64,000 nucleotides of DNA from the NCBI GenBank assembly GCA_963169695.1, contig CAUJDS010000060.1:64780-128779 (forward strand). The letters run 5' to 3'. Positions within the stretch are counted from its first letter, which is position 1, and every line of letters begins with the position of its first letter. The notes beneath the pieces are model-generated. The model saw only the letters and a list, made by a program, of their open reading frames with translations, was not told where the DNA came from and did no database searches. Shown here piece after piece: positions 1 through 9,447 of the stretch. Both the position numbers and the translations under genes were made by a program. Source of the stretch: Bdellovibrionota bacterium (GTDB taxonomy: Bacteria; Bdellovibrionota; UBA1018; CAUJDS01).

Positions 1-396
1 TGTCAAAACGCGAAGATCTTCCACCATTTTCTCATTGAATGGATCCGCCGTGGCGATTTTGAGTACTTCACTTCCTCCGATGGTCTCCTTGCTTAGTGGA
101 ATCAGCTCTTTGGACTTGGCGTAATTGATTGGTATATTATCTACAATCGCGGGATCAATTTGATCGGGCTTTAGGTCGTCGACATAGTCAAGTCCTACTT
201 GCCTGCAAAGCGCTTGCATAAGCTCAGCGGGAAGGATGATCTTTCGATCTACCAAGATATCTCCAAGAAGACCGCCTTCTTTGCGCTGAATTTCGAGCGC
301 TTCTTGAAGTTGTGCCTTCTGAAGAGAGGTGTGCTCAAGGAGCAACTGTCCTAAAAGGAGACCTTCGCGCGTTGTTGGTAATACCGCTTTGGACAT
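1..396 (-). CDS. gspE: Type II secretion ATPase GspE, N-terminal fragment; gene continues past the window start
   Basis: Minus-strand ATG at 396-394 shares one nucleotide with the gspD stop. Translation MSKAVLPTTREGLLLGQLLLEHTSLQKAQLQEALEIQRKEGGLLGDIL... resembles the GspE/PilB N-terminal (T2SSE_N) domain. It lies immediately downstream of gspC-gspD. Confidence 0.6.
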   Translation of the reverse strand, partial: MSKAVLPTTREGLLLGQLLLEHTSLQKAQLQEALEIQRKEGGLLGDILVDRKIILPAELMQALCRQVGLDYVDDLKPDQIDPAIVDNIPINYAKSKELIPLSKETIGGSEVLKIATADPFNEKMVEDLRVLT

Positions 397-2834
397 TAGA
401 AGTTCTCCTCAACTTCATCTTGCTCCAGGTCTTCGGCATTCTCGTCTTCTGCCTGAGGATTAGAAGGTGTCGCTGAGAGAGTCGAGGTAGACATCGACTT
501 TCCTTTGGCTGTCTCTTCTAAAATCTTCTCAGTATCGGGCAAGCGACGAATGATTTTATTTCGGTAGTGTTGATGAGGATCTTCGCCCGACGCTTCTTCT
601 CGTATAAATTCATCGCGTTCCTGGAATTTTTCATCCAAGATAGCGCGGGCCTTTTCGTATTTGCGAATGATCTTTGGCGTGATGAAGAGAAGAAGATTCG
701 TTTTGGAAATCTGCTGCTCTTTAGACTTAAACAGCCATCCCAAGACTGGAATATCCCCCAGTAGCGGAATCTTCTTGTGGTTGTCCGTAATTTTATCTCG
801 AATCAATCCGCCTAGTACAACCGTGTCACCGTCTGCAACAACAACCGTGGTTTCGATTTGACGATTGAGCGTAGCAAAAGCCTTGGTTGCCACTTCTTGT
901 GGAAGTTCCTTATTGGCGATGTCTTCCATCTTGGCTTTGAGAGTCATTTTCACAAAGTTGGAGATTTTATTGATCTGAGGTTTGATTTTGAGCGAAAGAC
1001 CTACGTCTTCCTTGGTAACCGAAGAAACCACTGAGGTATTGCTCGCCGTAGTGGTCGGAACAGGAATCCGTTCCGTAATTTCAAAGTTGGCCTCTTGATT
1101 ATCCAAAGTCAGGATCTGAGGATTTGCCAAAATATTGGTATTGCTCTGTGTTTGGATGGCTTTGATCAATCCAATGACGTTGCTGACAGGATAGGTTGTG
1201 CCGTTGACCGTAAAGTTGGTTTTCTTGCCCGCGCTCAGTCCCAGTACCATTCCGGAAGAAGCCAAAGGAGTGGTGATGAAGTCCAAGATATCCTTTCCTG
1301 CAGGTGCCAATGAGATCCCATTGGTAGGAGATGCTATATTCGAAGAAAAATTGAAGTCATTTCCTAGCGTCATTTCCATGATGTAGGCTTCGATGTAGAC
1401 TTCGTCTCTCGGAATATCGAGCTTGTTGATCACTCGCTGAACGGTGACAAAGTCCGCTGGTGCCGCCGTTATTACGAGCGAATTGGTGGCTTTGTCAGCA
1501 GCCACTTTGATGTCGCCTTTAAAGAGAGTGGCCGCAGTAGGATTGCCGCGGGTCCGGCCACCGGCTGATGAAGGCGCGGCGGTAGATTTATTCTGACTTT
1601 CAATATTGGTAAGCGTTTTTGCGATTTCTTCTGCATCAGCAAATTGAAGGTAAACGACATGGAGTTTTCCGCCACCTACGGTCGCGGGCTGCTTCTTGTC
1701 CAATGTTGCTATCAGCTCTCGCACTTGCTCGATACCTTTTTGGTTGGCGTTGACGATGAGAGAATTGGTGCGTTCGTCCGCTATGATGTTATTGACGACT
1801 CCACCTTCTTTAGTTTTGCGTGCTGTAAAGTTGCCGCCTCCAAAGGGCTTTGGTCCCGACTTTGGTAGGGCATTGGACTGTCCAGGCAAGAGTGCATCGA
1901 TTAGTTTGGAAATTTCTACCGCAGAAGCGAATTTAACAGGAATGACTTCTATACCCGAATCATAACCTTCAATATCCATGATACTAAGCATGGCCTCGAG
2001 CTTTTTGATATTGGATCCCGTGTCCGTGACGATGACAGTATTGGTTTGAGCGTGAGGTATGACGCGAGAATTGGGTGGCAAGAAGCTTCTAAAGACGCGC
2101 GCAACTTCATCTGCTTCAATATATTTCAGCGGGAAGACGCGAATAATCATGGCGTCGGTATCGGGGCTGTAGTCGCCGGTGAAGGTCTTTAGCTGCTTGT
2201 CACGAGCGTCGCGTTGCCGAGCAATGCGGACATACTTCCCAGATTCAAATACGGTAAAACCATTGATGTCCAGTGCGGTCAGAAAAGCCTTCCAAGCATC
2301 CGATACGGTAATGGGAGAATTAGAAATAATCGTAATTCTTCCCTTCACGCCTTTTTCGAGGATGAAGTTTTTTCCTGTGAGTTTTCCAAGGGTTTTGGCG
2401 ATGTCTACGATTTCAGCGTCGGGATAGTTGAAGTCGGTAACAATCTGATTGCCCCCAATAGCCGACTGAGTGTCGACTGGGATAAAAGGTATACCTTGAG
2501 AGGAGGCCGTGACGCCTGATCCCGCTTCTCCTCCAACAGAAACTTTGCCTGCCTGAAATTTGGGTTCCGGAACATCTGCGCGATTTGTTTCGGTACCACG
2601 AGGATTGATGCTGATGGTTTTACTAGGTGGAGGCGTTTTCTTTGCATTGGCTTCGATGGCATTGAGGAAAGGATTGGTTGCTGGGGCACCGCCCGACTGA
2701 AATCCAGGCTTGCCAGTTGCTCCATGAGCCTCACTCCAGTTGAGAAGGATAAGTCCAGCCGCAGCTGCCACAAATAGAATCACCGCATAGACCCTGAGCC
2801 ATTTCAGCATTGGATCTGTTTTTGGATGGTTCAT
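396..2834 (-). CDS. gspD: Type II secretion system secretin GspD
   Basis: Signal peptide, repeated N-domains and a C-terminal secretin core (VVLGGLIRDKITD...IPLLGDIPVLGWLFKS...LLLFITPKII). Start placed at the internal ATG (MNHPK) preceded by AAGGAAAAAGGGGA, 16 nt after the gspC stop. The track ORF runs to 2867. Long acidic C-terminal tail. Confidence 0.85.
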   Translation of the reverse strand: MNHPKTDPMLKWLRVYAVILFVAAAAGLILLNWSEAHGATGKPGFQSGGAPATNPFLNAIEANAKKTPPPSKTISINPRGTETNRADVPEPKFQAGKVSVGGEAGSGVTASSQGIPFIPVDTQSAIGGNQIVTDFNYPDAEIVDIAKTLGKLTGKNFILEKGVKGRITIISNSPITVSDAWKAFLTALDINGFTVFESGKYVRIARQRDARDKQLKTFTGDYSPDTDAMIIRVFPLKYIEADEVARVFRSFLPPNSRVIPHAQTNTVIVTDTGSNIKKLEAMLSIMDIEGYDSGIEVIPVKFASAVEISKLIDALLPGQSNALPKSGPKPFGGGNFTARKTKEGGVVNNIIADERTNSLIVNANQKGIEQVRELIATLDKKQPATVGGGKLHVVYLQFADAEEIAKTLTNIESQNKSTAAPSSAGGRTRGNPTAATLFKGDIKVAADKATNSLVITAAPADFVTVQRVINKLDIPRDEVYIEAYIMEMTLGNDFNFSSNIASPTNGISLAPAGKDILDFITTPLASSGMVLGLSAGKKTNFTVNGTTYPVSNVIGLIKAIQTQSNTNILANPQILTLDNQEANFEITERIPVPTTTASNTSVVSSVTKEDVGLSLKIKPQINKISNFVKMTLKAKMEDIANKELPQEVATKAFATLNRQIETTVVVADGDTVVLGGLIRDKITDNHKKIPLLGDIPVLGWLFKSKEQQISKTNLLLFITPKIIRKYEKARAILDEKFQERDEFIREEASGEDPHQHYRNKIIRRLPDTEKILEETAKGKSMSTSTLSATPSNPQAEDENAEDLEQDEVEENF

Positions 2835-2850
2835 AGGTTCCCCTTTTTCC

Positions 2851-3882
2851 TTATTGTGTAATGTCATACACCATCGTCGAAGCTTGATTGTCGCGTTTAA
2901 TTTTTAGTTCTACGGAATTCATCGTTTTAAAATCGTTCAGCATTTCAAAAGCTCTCTGCGGATTATTGATGGATTCGCCGTTGACCTCCCGAAGGATGTC
3001 GCCATTTCGCAGTCCGAGCCGATCATAAATACTTCCAGGTACAATCTGGATGAGCTTGTAACCCGACGGCGCTCCGTTTTCGAAGTGAGGGATCGCGCGG
3101 GCCTGGGTCAGTATTTGATTCAGGTTGGAAAGGTTTTTCTCGAGCTCTCCCCGCGGAATATTGAAGCGTTGGGAAGATCCCGTGGATTCGGTTGGAGCAA
3201 AGGCAGGCGCATTGCTTTGAGTGACAATCGACGGCTCAGGAGAATCGGGATCTTGCGGAAGGTCCGCGTACTCGCGGCGGCGGTTTTTGAGATTGATGAA
3301 AATCACCTTACGAGGCTCAACGCGTTCGACTCGAAGCAAGTTCGGCAATTCATCTCCCATTCGGACAGGATAGACTTTGTCGTCCGAGTCATTGTGAAGC
3401 GTGGCAATCGAGTACGCTTCGTCCTGTAGCAGAAGCGTTCCGATGAGTTTGATGGGCAATGTCGTTGGTAAGGCGGGCCCAGAAACTTCTCCGTCGTTGT
3501 CTTCTCCGGGGATCAATCCTTTGCTGTTGAAAAGGTTTCGAGTAAAAATTCCCTCAAAACTGTCCAGGGTTGGTCGGGTGCTGCCGCTAGCCTGCATGCC
3601 CATGGTTCCTCGCATTGTGCGAGGTTCGGGTATCCAGCTATTGATCCAGAGTCCCAAAAGATCCGAAAGAAAATAAGTGCAAAGAATGATGGTCAGAGCA
3701 GTTGTGTAGAACGAAAGGTTGCGTTGCTTGAGGAGCTTTTTTAGCCGATGGACGACTACTACGAACGTACTGCTGGCGCGCTCCGAAAATTTGCCGCCCC
3801 CCCGCTCACGAACTTTCTGCGAGACCTGATAGGCTAGGCTCGTGAGTTTGCTCTTCCATGCGTTAAAATCCGGACGTTTCAT
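2851..3882 (-). CDS. gspC: Type II secretion system protein GspC (TM segment plus C-terminal PDZ domain)
   Basis: N-terminal TM segment (LTIILCTYFLSDLLGLWI). C-terminal PDZ-like region GYKLIQIVPGSIYDRLGLRNGDILREVNGESI. Position directly upstream of the secretin gene. Confidence 0.7.
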   Translation of the reverse strand: MKRPDFNAWKSKLTSLAYQVSQKVRERGGGKFSERASSTFVVVVHRLKKLLKQRNLSFYTTALTIILCTYFLSDLLGLWINSWIPEPRTMRGTMGMQASGSTRPTLDSFEGIFTRNLFNSKGLIPGEDNDGEVSGPALPTTLPIKLIGTLLLQDEAYSIATLHNDSDDKVYPVRMGDELPNLLRVERVEPRKVIFINLKNRRREYADLPQDPDSPEPSIVTQSNAPAFAPTESTGSSQRFNIPRGELEKNLSNLNQILTQARAIPHFENGAPSGYKLIQIVPGSIYDRLGLRNGDILREVNGESINNPQRAFEMLNDFKTMNSVELKIKRDNQASTMVYDITQ

Positions 3883-4122
3883 TGCAGGGAGTTACTAAGG
3901 CAAGGAAGATGCCAAACGTTTTTTTGTAGGAATTGGCTCACGTAGTTATAAATAAAAAAATAGCTACAATATCAAAGAGCTGTAGCGGTCCTTCAACCAA
4001 AAAAATTCGAGCAATTACTCTCACTTTGATTCATTGACAGTTTGTCCACACAAGCCTCGTCAAAAAGGGTATTTTGCCAAATTGTCATACTTGGATTCAT
4101 TCATAGAGAAGGAGCACCCACC

Positions 4123-5883
4123 ATGGCAACCCCCGTCGTAACCGAAAACAGCTTTATGAAGTCCCTTTTTCTCGGAGATATTCGAGAGGACTTGATTTTT
4201 CCGTACCCTCAGATGGACAAGGACACGGCTAGTACGGTCCAAATGGTCTTGGATTCCATTCATCGCTTTGCACAGGACAAAGTGCATTCAACGGAATGGG
4301 ACCTCAAAGGCGAAATGCCGATTGAAGTGATTCGCCAAGTGGCTGAGTTGGGTCTGATGGGTATTGCGGTTGAAGAAGCGTACGGTGGCTTGGGTCTTCC
4401 TCAGTCTGGATACTCCCGCGTCATGCAAGAAATTGCGCGAGTGGATGGGTCTCTGGTTACGACACTGATGGCGCATCAGAGCATCGGATACAAAGCGGTC
4501 GTTCTGTTCGGAACCGACGAACAAAAAAAGCGCTACCTTCCGCACCTTGCCTCGGGAGAGTGGATTGCGTCCTACTGCCTAACCGAACCTGGTAGTGGCT
4601 CGGATGCTGCTTCGATCAAGACACGAGCCATGCTTTCGCCAGATGGAAAAACCTACACCATCAATGGCAGCAAAATTTGGATCACCAATGGTGCGATCGC
4701 CAGATTTATGACGATCTTTGCTCAGACGGAAGTTGTTGAAGGCGGAAAGAAGAAGGACAAGATTTCATGCTTCGTTGTCGAGATTCCCGAGGGTGGACTC
4801 CCAAGCATTCAGGTAGGACCGTCGGAACATAAGCTAGGCATTCGGGCATCTTGGACCAACGCGATTCACTTTGATGGATTGCAAATTCCCGCGGAAAATC
4901 TCGTGGGAGGATTAGGCAAGGGCTTCAAGGTCGCGATGGGAGTCCTCAATCATGGCCGATTGGGATTGGCTTCGGGCTGCATTGGGGGAATCAAGAGCTG
5001 CCTGAAAGCCTCTATCGCACACGCCAATGAGCGGGTTCAGTTTCAACGCAAGCTTGGCGCATACGGAATGATTCGTGAAAAAATTTCTCGCATGGCAATG
5101 AATCTCTACGCCATCGAAAGCATGGTCGGGATGACCACGCACTACATCGATCGCGGAGATGTCGATTATTCGATCGAAAGCGCTATCTGCAAAGTTTTTG
5201 CATCTGAGGCCCTTTGGGATTCCGTGGACGAAAATCTTCAGATCTATGCAGGCTCTGGCTATATGAAGGAATATCCGTATGAGCGTTGGTTGCGAGATGC
5301 GCGGATCAATCGCATTTTTGAAGGATCGAATGAAATCCTTCGAGCCTTCATCGCGCTCTCCGGTATGCAAGGTCCTGGACAGGAGTTGGCAGGCCTGGCT
5401 GAGGCTATTAAGTATCCCCTTAAGGGGCTTGGCCAAGTTAGTAACTTTGCGTTTCGAAAGTTGAAGCGCAATTTCTTTGGAGAGCCCATCACCAAGGCCC
5501 ATCCAACGCTGAAGGCGCTGGCAAAGAAGATCGAGAAAAGCACCCTGGACTTCTCTGCCAAAATTGAAGTGCTTCTGCGACGGCATGGCAAAGAAATCTA
5601 CCTTAAGCAGCTAGCACAAAAGCGAGTCGCCGAAATCGCAATCGACCTCTACGCGATGAGTTGTGTTTTGGCTCGACTGTCGAGTGAGATTCAACAGGCC
5701 AAGGATCCTAAGGCTATTGCACTGGAACAATCCCTTGCAGAAGCCTTCTTTATGCGAGGCAATCGTCGCATTCGGGCCAACTTACGCGCCATGGACCGCA
5801 ACGAAGATGATCAGGTGCATTTTATTGCCGAGCGACTTTTGGAAAATGGGGAGTATCCCTTTGATCTGGCAAAGTTGAACTAG
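4123..5883 (+). CDS. Acyl-CoA dehydrogenase, long form with C-terminal extension
   Basis: Motifs YCLTEPGSGSDAAS and GSKIWITNG. ATG at 4123 preceded by GAAGGAG. The track ORF starts earlier at 4042. Confidence 0.85.
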   Translation: MATPVVTENSFMKSLFLGDIREDLIFPYPQMDKDTASTVQMVLDSIHRFAQDKVHSTEWDLKGEMPIEVIRQVAELGLMGIAVEEAYGGLGLPQSGYSRVMQEIARVDGSLVTTLMAHQSIGYKAVVLFGTDEQKKRYLPHLASGEWIASYCLTEPGSGSDAASIKTRAMLSPDGKTYTINGSKIWITNGAIARFMTIFAQTEVVEGGKKKDKISCFVVEIPEGGLPSIQVGPSEHKLGIRASWTNAIHFDGLQIPAENLVGGLGKGFKVAMGVLNHGRLGLASGCIGGIKSCLKASIAHANERVQFQRKLGAYGMIREKISRMAMNLYAIESMVGMTTHYIDRGDVDYSIESAICKVFASEALWDSVDENLQIYAGSGYMKEYPYERWLRDARINRIFEGSNEILRAFIALSGMQGPGQELAGLAEAIKYPLKGLGQVSNFAFRKLKRNFFGEPITKAHPTLKALAKKIEKSTLDFSAKIEVLLRRHGKEIYLKQLAQKRVAEIAIDLYAMSCVLARLSSEIQQAKDPKAIALEQSLAEAFFMRGNRRIRANLRAMDRNEDDQVHFIAERLLENGEYPFDLAKLN

Positions 5884-5885
5884 TC

Positions 5886-7673
5886 CTAAGGGCAGGTAGC
5901 TGCCCAGGCTGGATCATCTTCCCGCACAATTAACATGCTCTCATTTCGTTCGCTATCAAACGATGGTGATCTAAGGCTGGGATCAGGCGGCGAAATAGAG
6001 ACCACGGTGAATTCATCTCCGCCATCGTAGCAACTGTCGGCTCGTATATTGACCGTTTGATTGGTGAAAGTAGTACCCACCGCAATGCTGGGTTGAAAAA
6101 GTACAGTTGTGCTGTAATCACTGTTGTCCAATCGTCGAGCGGGAGCATTTCCCGTGTAGTTTGCGGGGACAGGCAGATTCGAAATTCTGCTGAAGTTGTA
6201 ATAATAAGGTTGATCTGCTGTCATCGGTTGTCCATTTGTGGAATCGGTCATTCGGACGGTGAAGACAAATGGCGTGGATCCCCCGCCGTTTCCTTCCGAT
6301 TGATCAGCGTAACGGTTTTCTATCTTAAGAACCGGATAGGGATCATTGTCCACGATGAAGAATCGGTGGATATGAATTCCTCCGTTTACCAATACCGCAT
6401 TGTTGCTGACTGAGTTGATGCCGAGATTGAATTGTTCCAAATTGCTTCCACTAGCGCGCTCATAGATGTGGTCATCCGGAAGTTCGACTGAAGCATAGCC
6501 AGAGGTTTGCCCTGCCGCTATAGTAACAATGAGATTTGCTGGGCTGAGTATAAAGTCTGAATTGGAGGTTGCTGTTTGAGGGAATCCCGGGGCCACAAGC
6601 AGTGTTAAATTTACCGATACAGGGCCTTCTTGTGTAGTTGGGGCCCGAGAGAGATTGACATAAATTTTTCTATCGAGGCTGGGATCGCGGTTGTTAGCAG
6701 GGTGATTCCAACCTTCGGTTTCTTGCGTAGTGCTGCTGGCAAAGGCTACTTGGATTCGATTCTGGTTGTCATTGATGCTGACGGTTTGATCATTTTCACT
6801 CGCGACCGGGTTGAGCTGTGCGTTGGCAGAGGGAGATTCTAGGTGAAATCGAAAACGATCAGTTGGCTCGATCACCGGATTATAAAAGACCTGAAAATTA
6901 AATTGCGCTGCCAAAGTCCCTGCGGGAATAGTGAGAGAGACGATGCCAGTGGAATTGCCGGGTATATAAAAGTCGCTGGGAGGGCTTCCAGTTGGGGTAT
7001 TGCCGTAGATGGCCTGAGAGCAAGAACCAGCAGGCAAGCACGGCAGAACCCTAACGGCCACCGTGACATCCTCTTGAGCTCTTCCTGTGAGTTCGACGAC
7101 TACTGGGTAAGTGGTAGTGTTCAATGCTTCATCGACGGACATGGTAGAACTAGCAAATCGCACGGAAGGCTTGGCGTCATCATCATGAATGGTAATGATG
7201 AGTGTGTTGTCGCCTTGCCAATTTCCAACACTCGGAGTCCCGAGTCGGATCTCAATGGTTTCGTCTGGTTCGAATGAGACATCCTGAAAAATCGTCATCG
7301 TCAAATTGCCCGACGCTGCGCTTGGACTGATGGTGATAGTCCCGCTAGAGGGTAGACTTTGATCCGTGTAGGTCGTAGTGGTCTGTAAGACTTCATAGGG
7401 AATCGTGATGGTTCCTGTGTAGCGATGATCCATCGCTATCGTGACAGCACTTACCGTCCCGTCCGCTTCACTGAAAACCGGAGCAAGATTGGCAATGCTT
7501 AACGTGGGAGGATCGCTAGATACCAATAGCGCGTTACTTGATACGGCACTGGTAAGTTTTTCTTTGCACCCACTAGCAAGTAAGAGGAGTGCAAAGCTGC
7601 CATAGGCATAGGGAATCGCTTTGAGCTTGCTCCAAAAGGAGGCAGAGCATGTCGATCTTATTGCTTTTTTCAT
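5886..7673 (-). CDS. Putative lipoprotein with tandem Calx-beta-like domains
   Basis: Lipobox LLLLASGCKEK. Repeated segments ending in DDD-type motifs (IEIRLGTPSVGNWQGDNTLIITIHDDDAKPSV) typical of Calx-beta. Start codon uncertain: ATG 7673 or TTG 7709. Confidence 0.55.
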   Translation of the reverse strand: MKKAIRSTCSASFWSKLKAIPYAYGSFALLLLASGCKEKLTSAVSSNALLVSSDPPTLSIANLAPVFSEADGTVSAVTIAMDHRYTGTITIPYEVLQTTTTYTDQSLPSSGTITISPSAASGNLTMTIFQDVSFEPDETIEIRLGTPSVGNWQGDNTLIITIHDDDAKPSVRFASSTMSVDEALNTTTYPVVVELTGRAQEDVTVAVRVLPCLPAGSCSQAIYGNTPTGSPPSDFYIPGNSTGIVSLTIPAGTLAAQFNFQVFYNPVIEPTDRFRFHLESPSANAQLNPVASENDQTVSINDNQNRIQVAFASSTTQETEGWNHPANNRDPSLDRKIYVNLSRAPTTQEGPVSVNLTLLVAPGFPQTATSNSDFILSPANLIVTIAAGQTSGYASVELPDDHIYERASGSNLEQFNLGINSVSNNAVLVNGGIHIHRFFIVDNDPYPVLKIENRYADQSEGNGGGSTPFVFTVRMTDSTNGQPMTADQPYYYNFSRISNLPVPANYTGNAPARRLDNSDYSTTVLFQPSIAVGTTFTNQTVNIRADSCYDGGDEFTVVSISPPDPSLRSPSFDSERNESMLIVREDDPAWAATCP

Positions 7674-7857
7674 TCCCCTGTTTTGAACCCCTATAGAAGG
7701 AGGAAGCAAGTTCCTGGCCAGTTTCTGGTATATGCGGGTGACTTAAAGCTTTGAAACAATGACGGATTTTTTTGCTCTCAGCCATCTGTCTTGCGAAAGC
7801 CGTCAATCCTGTTGTCGTTACGCCCTAAATAAGTCACCCGGGTGTGTCCCGAAAGAC

Positions 7858-8652
7858 CTATCCCAATAGGTACTGTCGAGCAGCTGCAAGCGAGCGATCG
7901 CGCCCCGGCGGCTCTCGATCACGAATTTCATTTGCGGTGAGGATCTCGCGTGCATCACTTGCGTTGCCGTCGGCAAAGAAAGTAAAATTGATTTGTTGCT
8001 GTCGAATGGAATTTTTGACGGATGCGATACTGCGGTCTCCATAGAAAACGGTTTTCCATGAGCGCATTTGTCGTGGGTGATGTAGGTCGCTGCTAGCCAC
8101 CATCGGCAATCCTGAATTTAGCACGTCTGGAAAAAGATGCGGACCGCTGGCGACTTCCCAGGCGTCAAAGGCTTTGGCAAGTTTCTCGCGTTGGTCCCAT
8201 AAGAAGTAGGTCTGTTTTTCAAGCTTGCGAGTATTTACAGGATGGGCCGCGATCGCCAAGCCGCCCTGCTGATGAATGGCAGCAGCCAAATCCAGCGGTT
8301 CTTGCGAAGCCGAAATGTAATTTTCCACATCCAGTGCCAAAACATGAGCCGATCGGTAATTGGATAAAAAATTCTTGGTAAGCTCGAACCCTGGAATAAC
8401 CACCATGGAGTATTTGTCCCAGGCCCTACGTGATTCTCGATGAAGTATGGTCAGGTATTCCTCGAGGTTGGTGCGAGTAAGCGTGCGTTTCAAGAGGTGC
8501 GCGCTTTTTCCTAAGAAAGTTGATTCTTCGCAGAGGTGATCGGTAACCGCCAAAACTCCGAAGCCCCGCTTTCCGTACATATCGATAAGATCTGGGATCT
8601 CTAAGACTCCGTCACTGAAGGTTGAGTGTGCGTGTAGATCTCCTAGGAACAT
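7858..8652 (-). CDS. PHP-domain metal-dependent phosphoesterase
   Basis: N-terminal MFLGDLHAHSTFSDG...LAVTDH motif characteristic of the PHP family. Confidence 0.6.
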   Translation of the reverse strand: MFLGDLHAHSTFSDGVLEIPDLIDMYGKRGFGVLAVTDHLCEESTFLGKSAHLLKRTLTRTNLEEYLTILHRESRRAWDKYSMVVIPGFELTKNFLSNYRSAHVLALDVENYISASQEPLDLAAAIHQQGGLAIAAHPVNTRKLEKQTYFLWDQREKLAKAFDAWEVASGPHLFPDVLNSGLPMVASSDLHHPRQMRSWKTVFYGDRSIASVKNSIRQQQINFTFFADGNASDAREILTANEIRDREPPGRDRSLAAARQYLLG

Positions 8653-8824
8653 ACTCAGAGAATAAAGGACTCATGCTAAGCCTCGATGTAGACTTGATGA
8701 AACCTCGGTTAGGCGCGCACAAACAACCTAAATATCCATTAAAAATAGTCAGAAATAAGCAGCTCGAATTAAATTTAAAATTCTATCATTTCAAGCACTT
8801 ACCATCTTCACTCAAACCAGTTGA

Positions 8825-8853
8825 TTGACACGGGCCGCTCACTTTGTTATATT
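8825..8853 (+). promoter_or_regulatory. Sigma70-type promoter upstream of cdnL
   Basis: TTGACA (8825-8830), 17-nt spacer, TATATT (8848-8853), about 85 nt upstream of the cdnL ATG. cdnL itself has a GGAGGGA Shine-Dalgarno. Confidence 0.5.
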
Positions 8854-8936
8854 GCCCGCGCGCGTAGGTTAACTATATCGGAGTTACTTAGGTACTAGGA
8901 CTGCTAAACCACCCGAAATTTGGAGGGACACCGTAG

Positions 8937-9419
8937 ATGTTCAAAGTTGGCGATAATGCCGTATATCCAGCCCATGGAGTGGCCATTGTAAAGCGAATCG
9001 AAGAGAAGACGGTGGGGGGCCGAAAGAAGAAATTCTATGTGCTTCAAGTAGTGGATAATCAGATGACCATCATGGTCCCGACTGATAACGCGACATCCGT
9101 AGGGCTTCGCGAAATTATTTCAGATGGTGAAGTAAGAAAAGTTTACAGTATTCTCAAAGAGCGAGACATCAAGATCGACAATACGACTTGGAATCGCCGC
9201 TATCGCGAGTACATGGAAAAGATTAAGACGGGTTCGGTTTATGAAATCGCTGAGGTCCTCCGAAACCTCTTCTTACTCCGACACAATAAAGACCTTTCTT
9301 TTGGTGAGCGCAAGATGCTCGATCACGCCAAGCACCTTTTGGTGAAGGAAATTTCCCTCGCGCGCAAGGCTCGAGAGGAAGAGATCGAATTAGAGATTCA
9401 GACGATTTTTACTTCCTAA
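8937..9419 (+). CDS. cdnL: CarD/CdnL family RNA-polymerase-binding transcription factor
   Basis: MFKVGDNAVYPAHGVAIVKRIEEK...YVLQV... is the typical CarD_CdnL_TRCF N-terminal domain. 160 aa. Confidence 0.8.
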   Translation: MFKVGDNAVYPAHGVAIVKRIEEKTVGGRKKKFYVLQVVDNQMTIMVPTDNATSVGLREIISDGEVRKVYSILKERDIKIDNTTWNRRYREYMEKIKTGSVYEIAEVLRNLFLLRHNKDLSFGERKMLDHAKHLLVKEISLARKAREEEIELEIQTIFTS

Positions 9420-9447
9420 TTCGCGTTTTTAGGTTAACCAAAGATTC

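Noticed and set aside
3989-4012. Inverted repeat GCTACA...TGTAGC in the gspC / acyl-CoA dehydrogenase intergenic region
   Set aside because: 6-bp stem with 12-nt loop is too weak to be a meaningful operator or terminator.
4042-4122. Upstream N-terminal extensions implied by the ORF track (also at 2835-2867, 14041-14082, 26369-26386, 30714-30824, 45805-45828, 47091-47108, 48788-48847, 54095-54106)
   Set aside because: The track begins at the first ATG, GTG or TTG after a stop. Internal ATGs with Shine-Dalgarno sequences, and alignment to known N-termini (acyl-CoA dehydrogenase, ThiD, Ndk, Acs, ETHE1, SrkA), support the shorter starts.
4912-5586. 224-aa minus-strand ORF
   Set aside because: Antisense inside the acyl-CoA dehydrogenase gene.
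6843-7277. 144-aa plus-strand ORF and neighbours (6057-6413, 6630-6842)
   Set aside because: All antisense within the Calx-beta lipoprotein gene.
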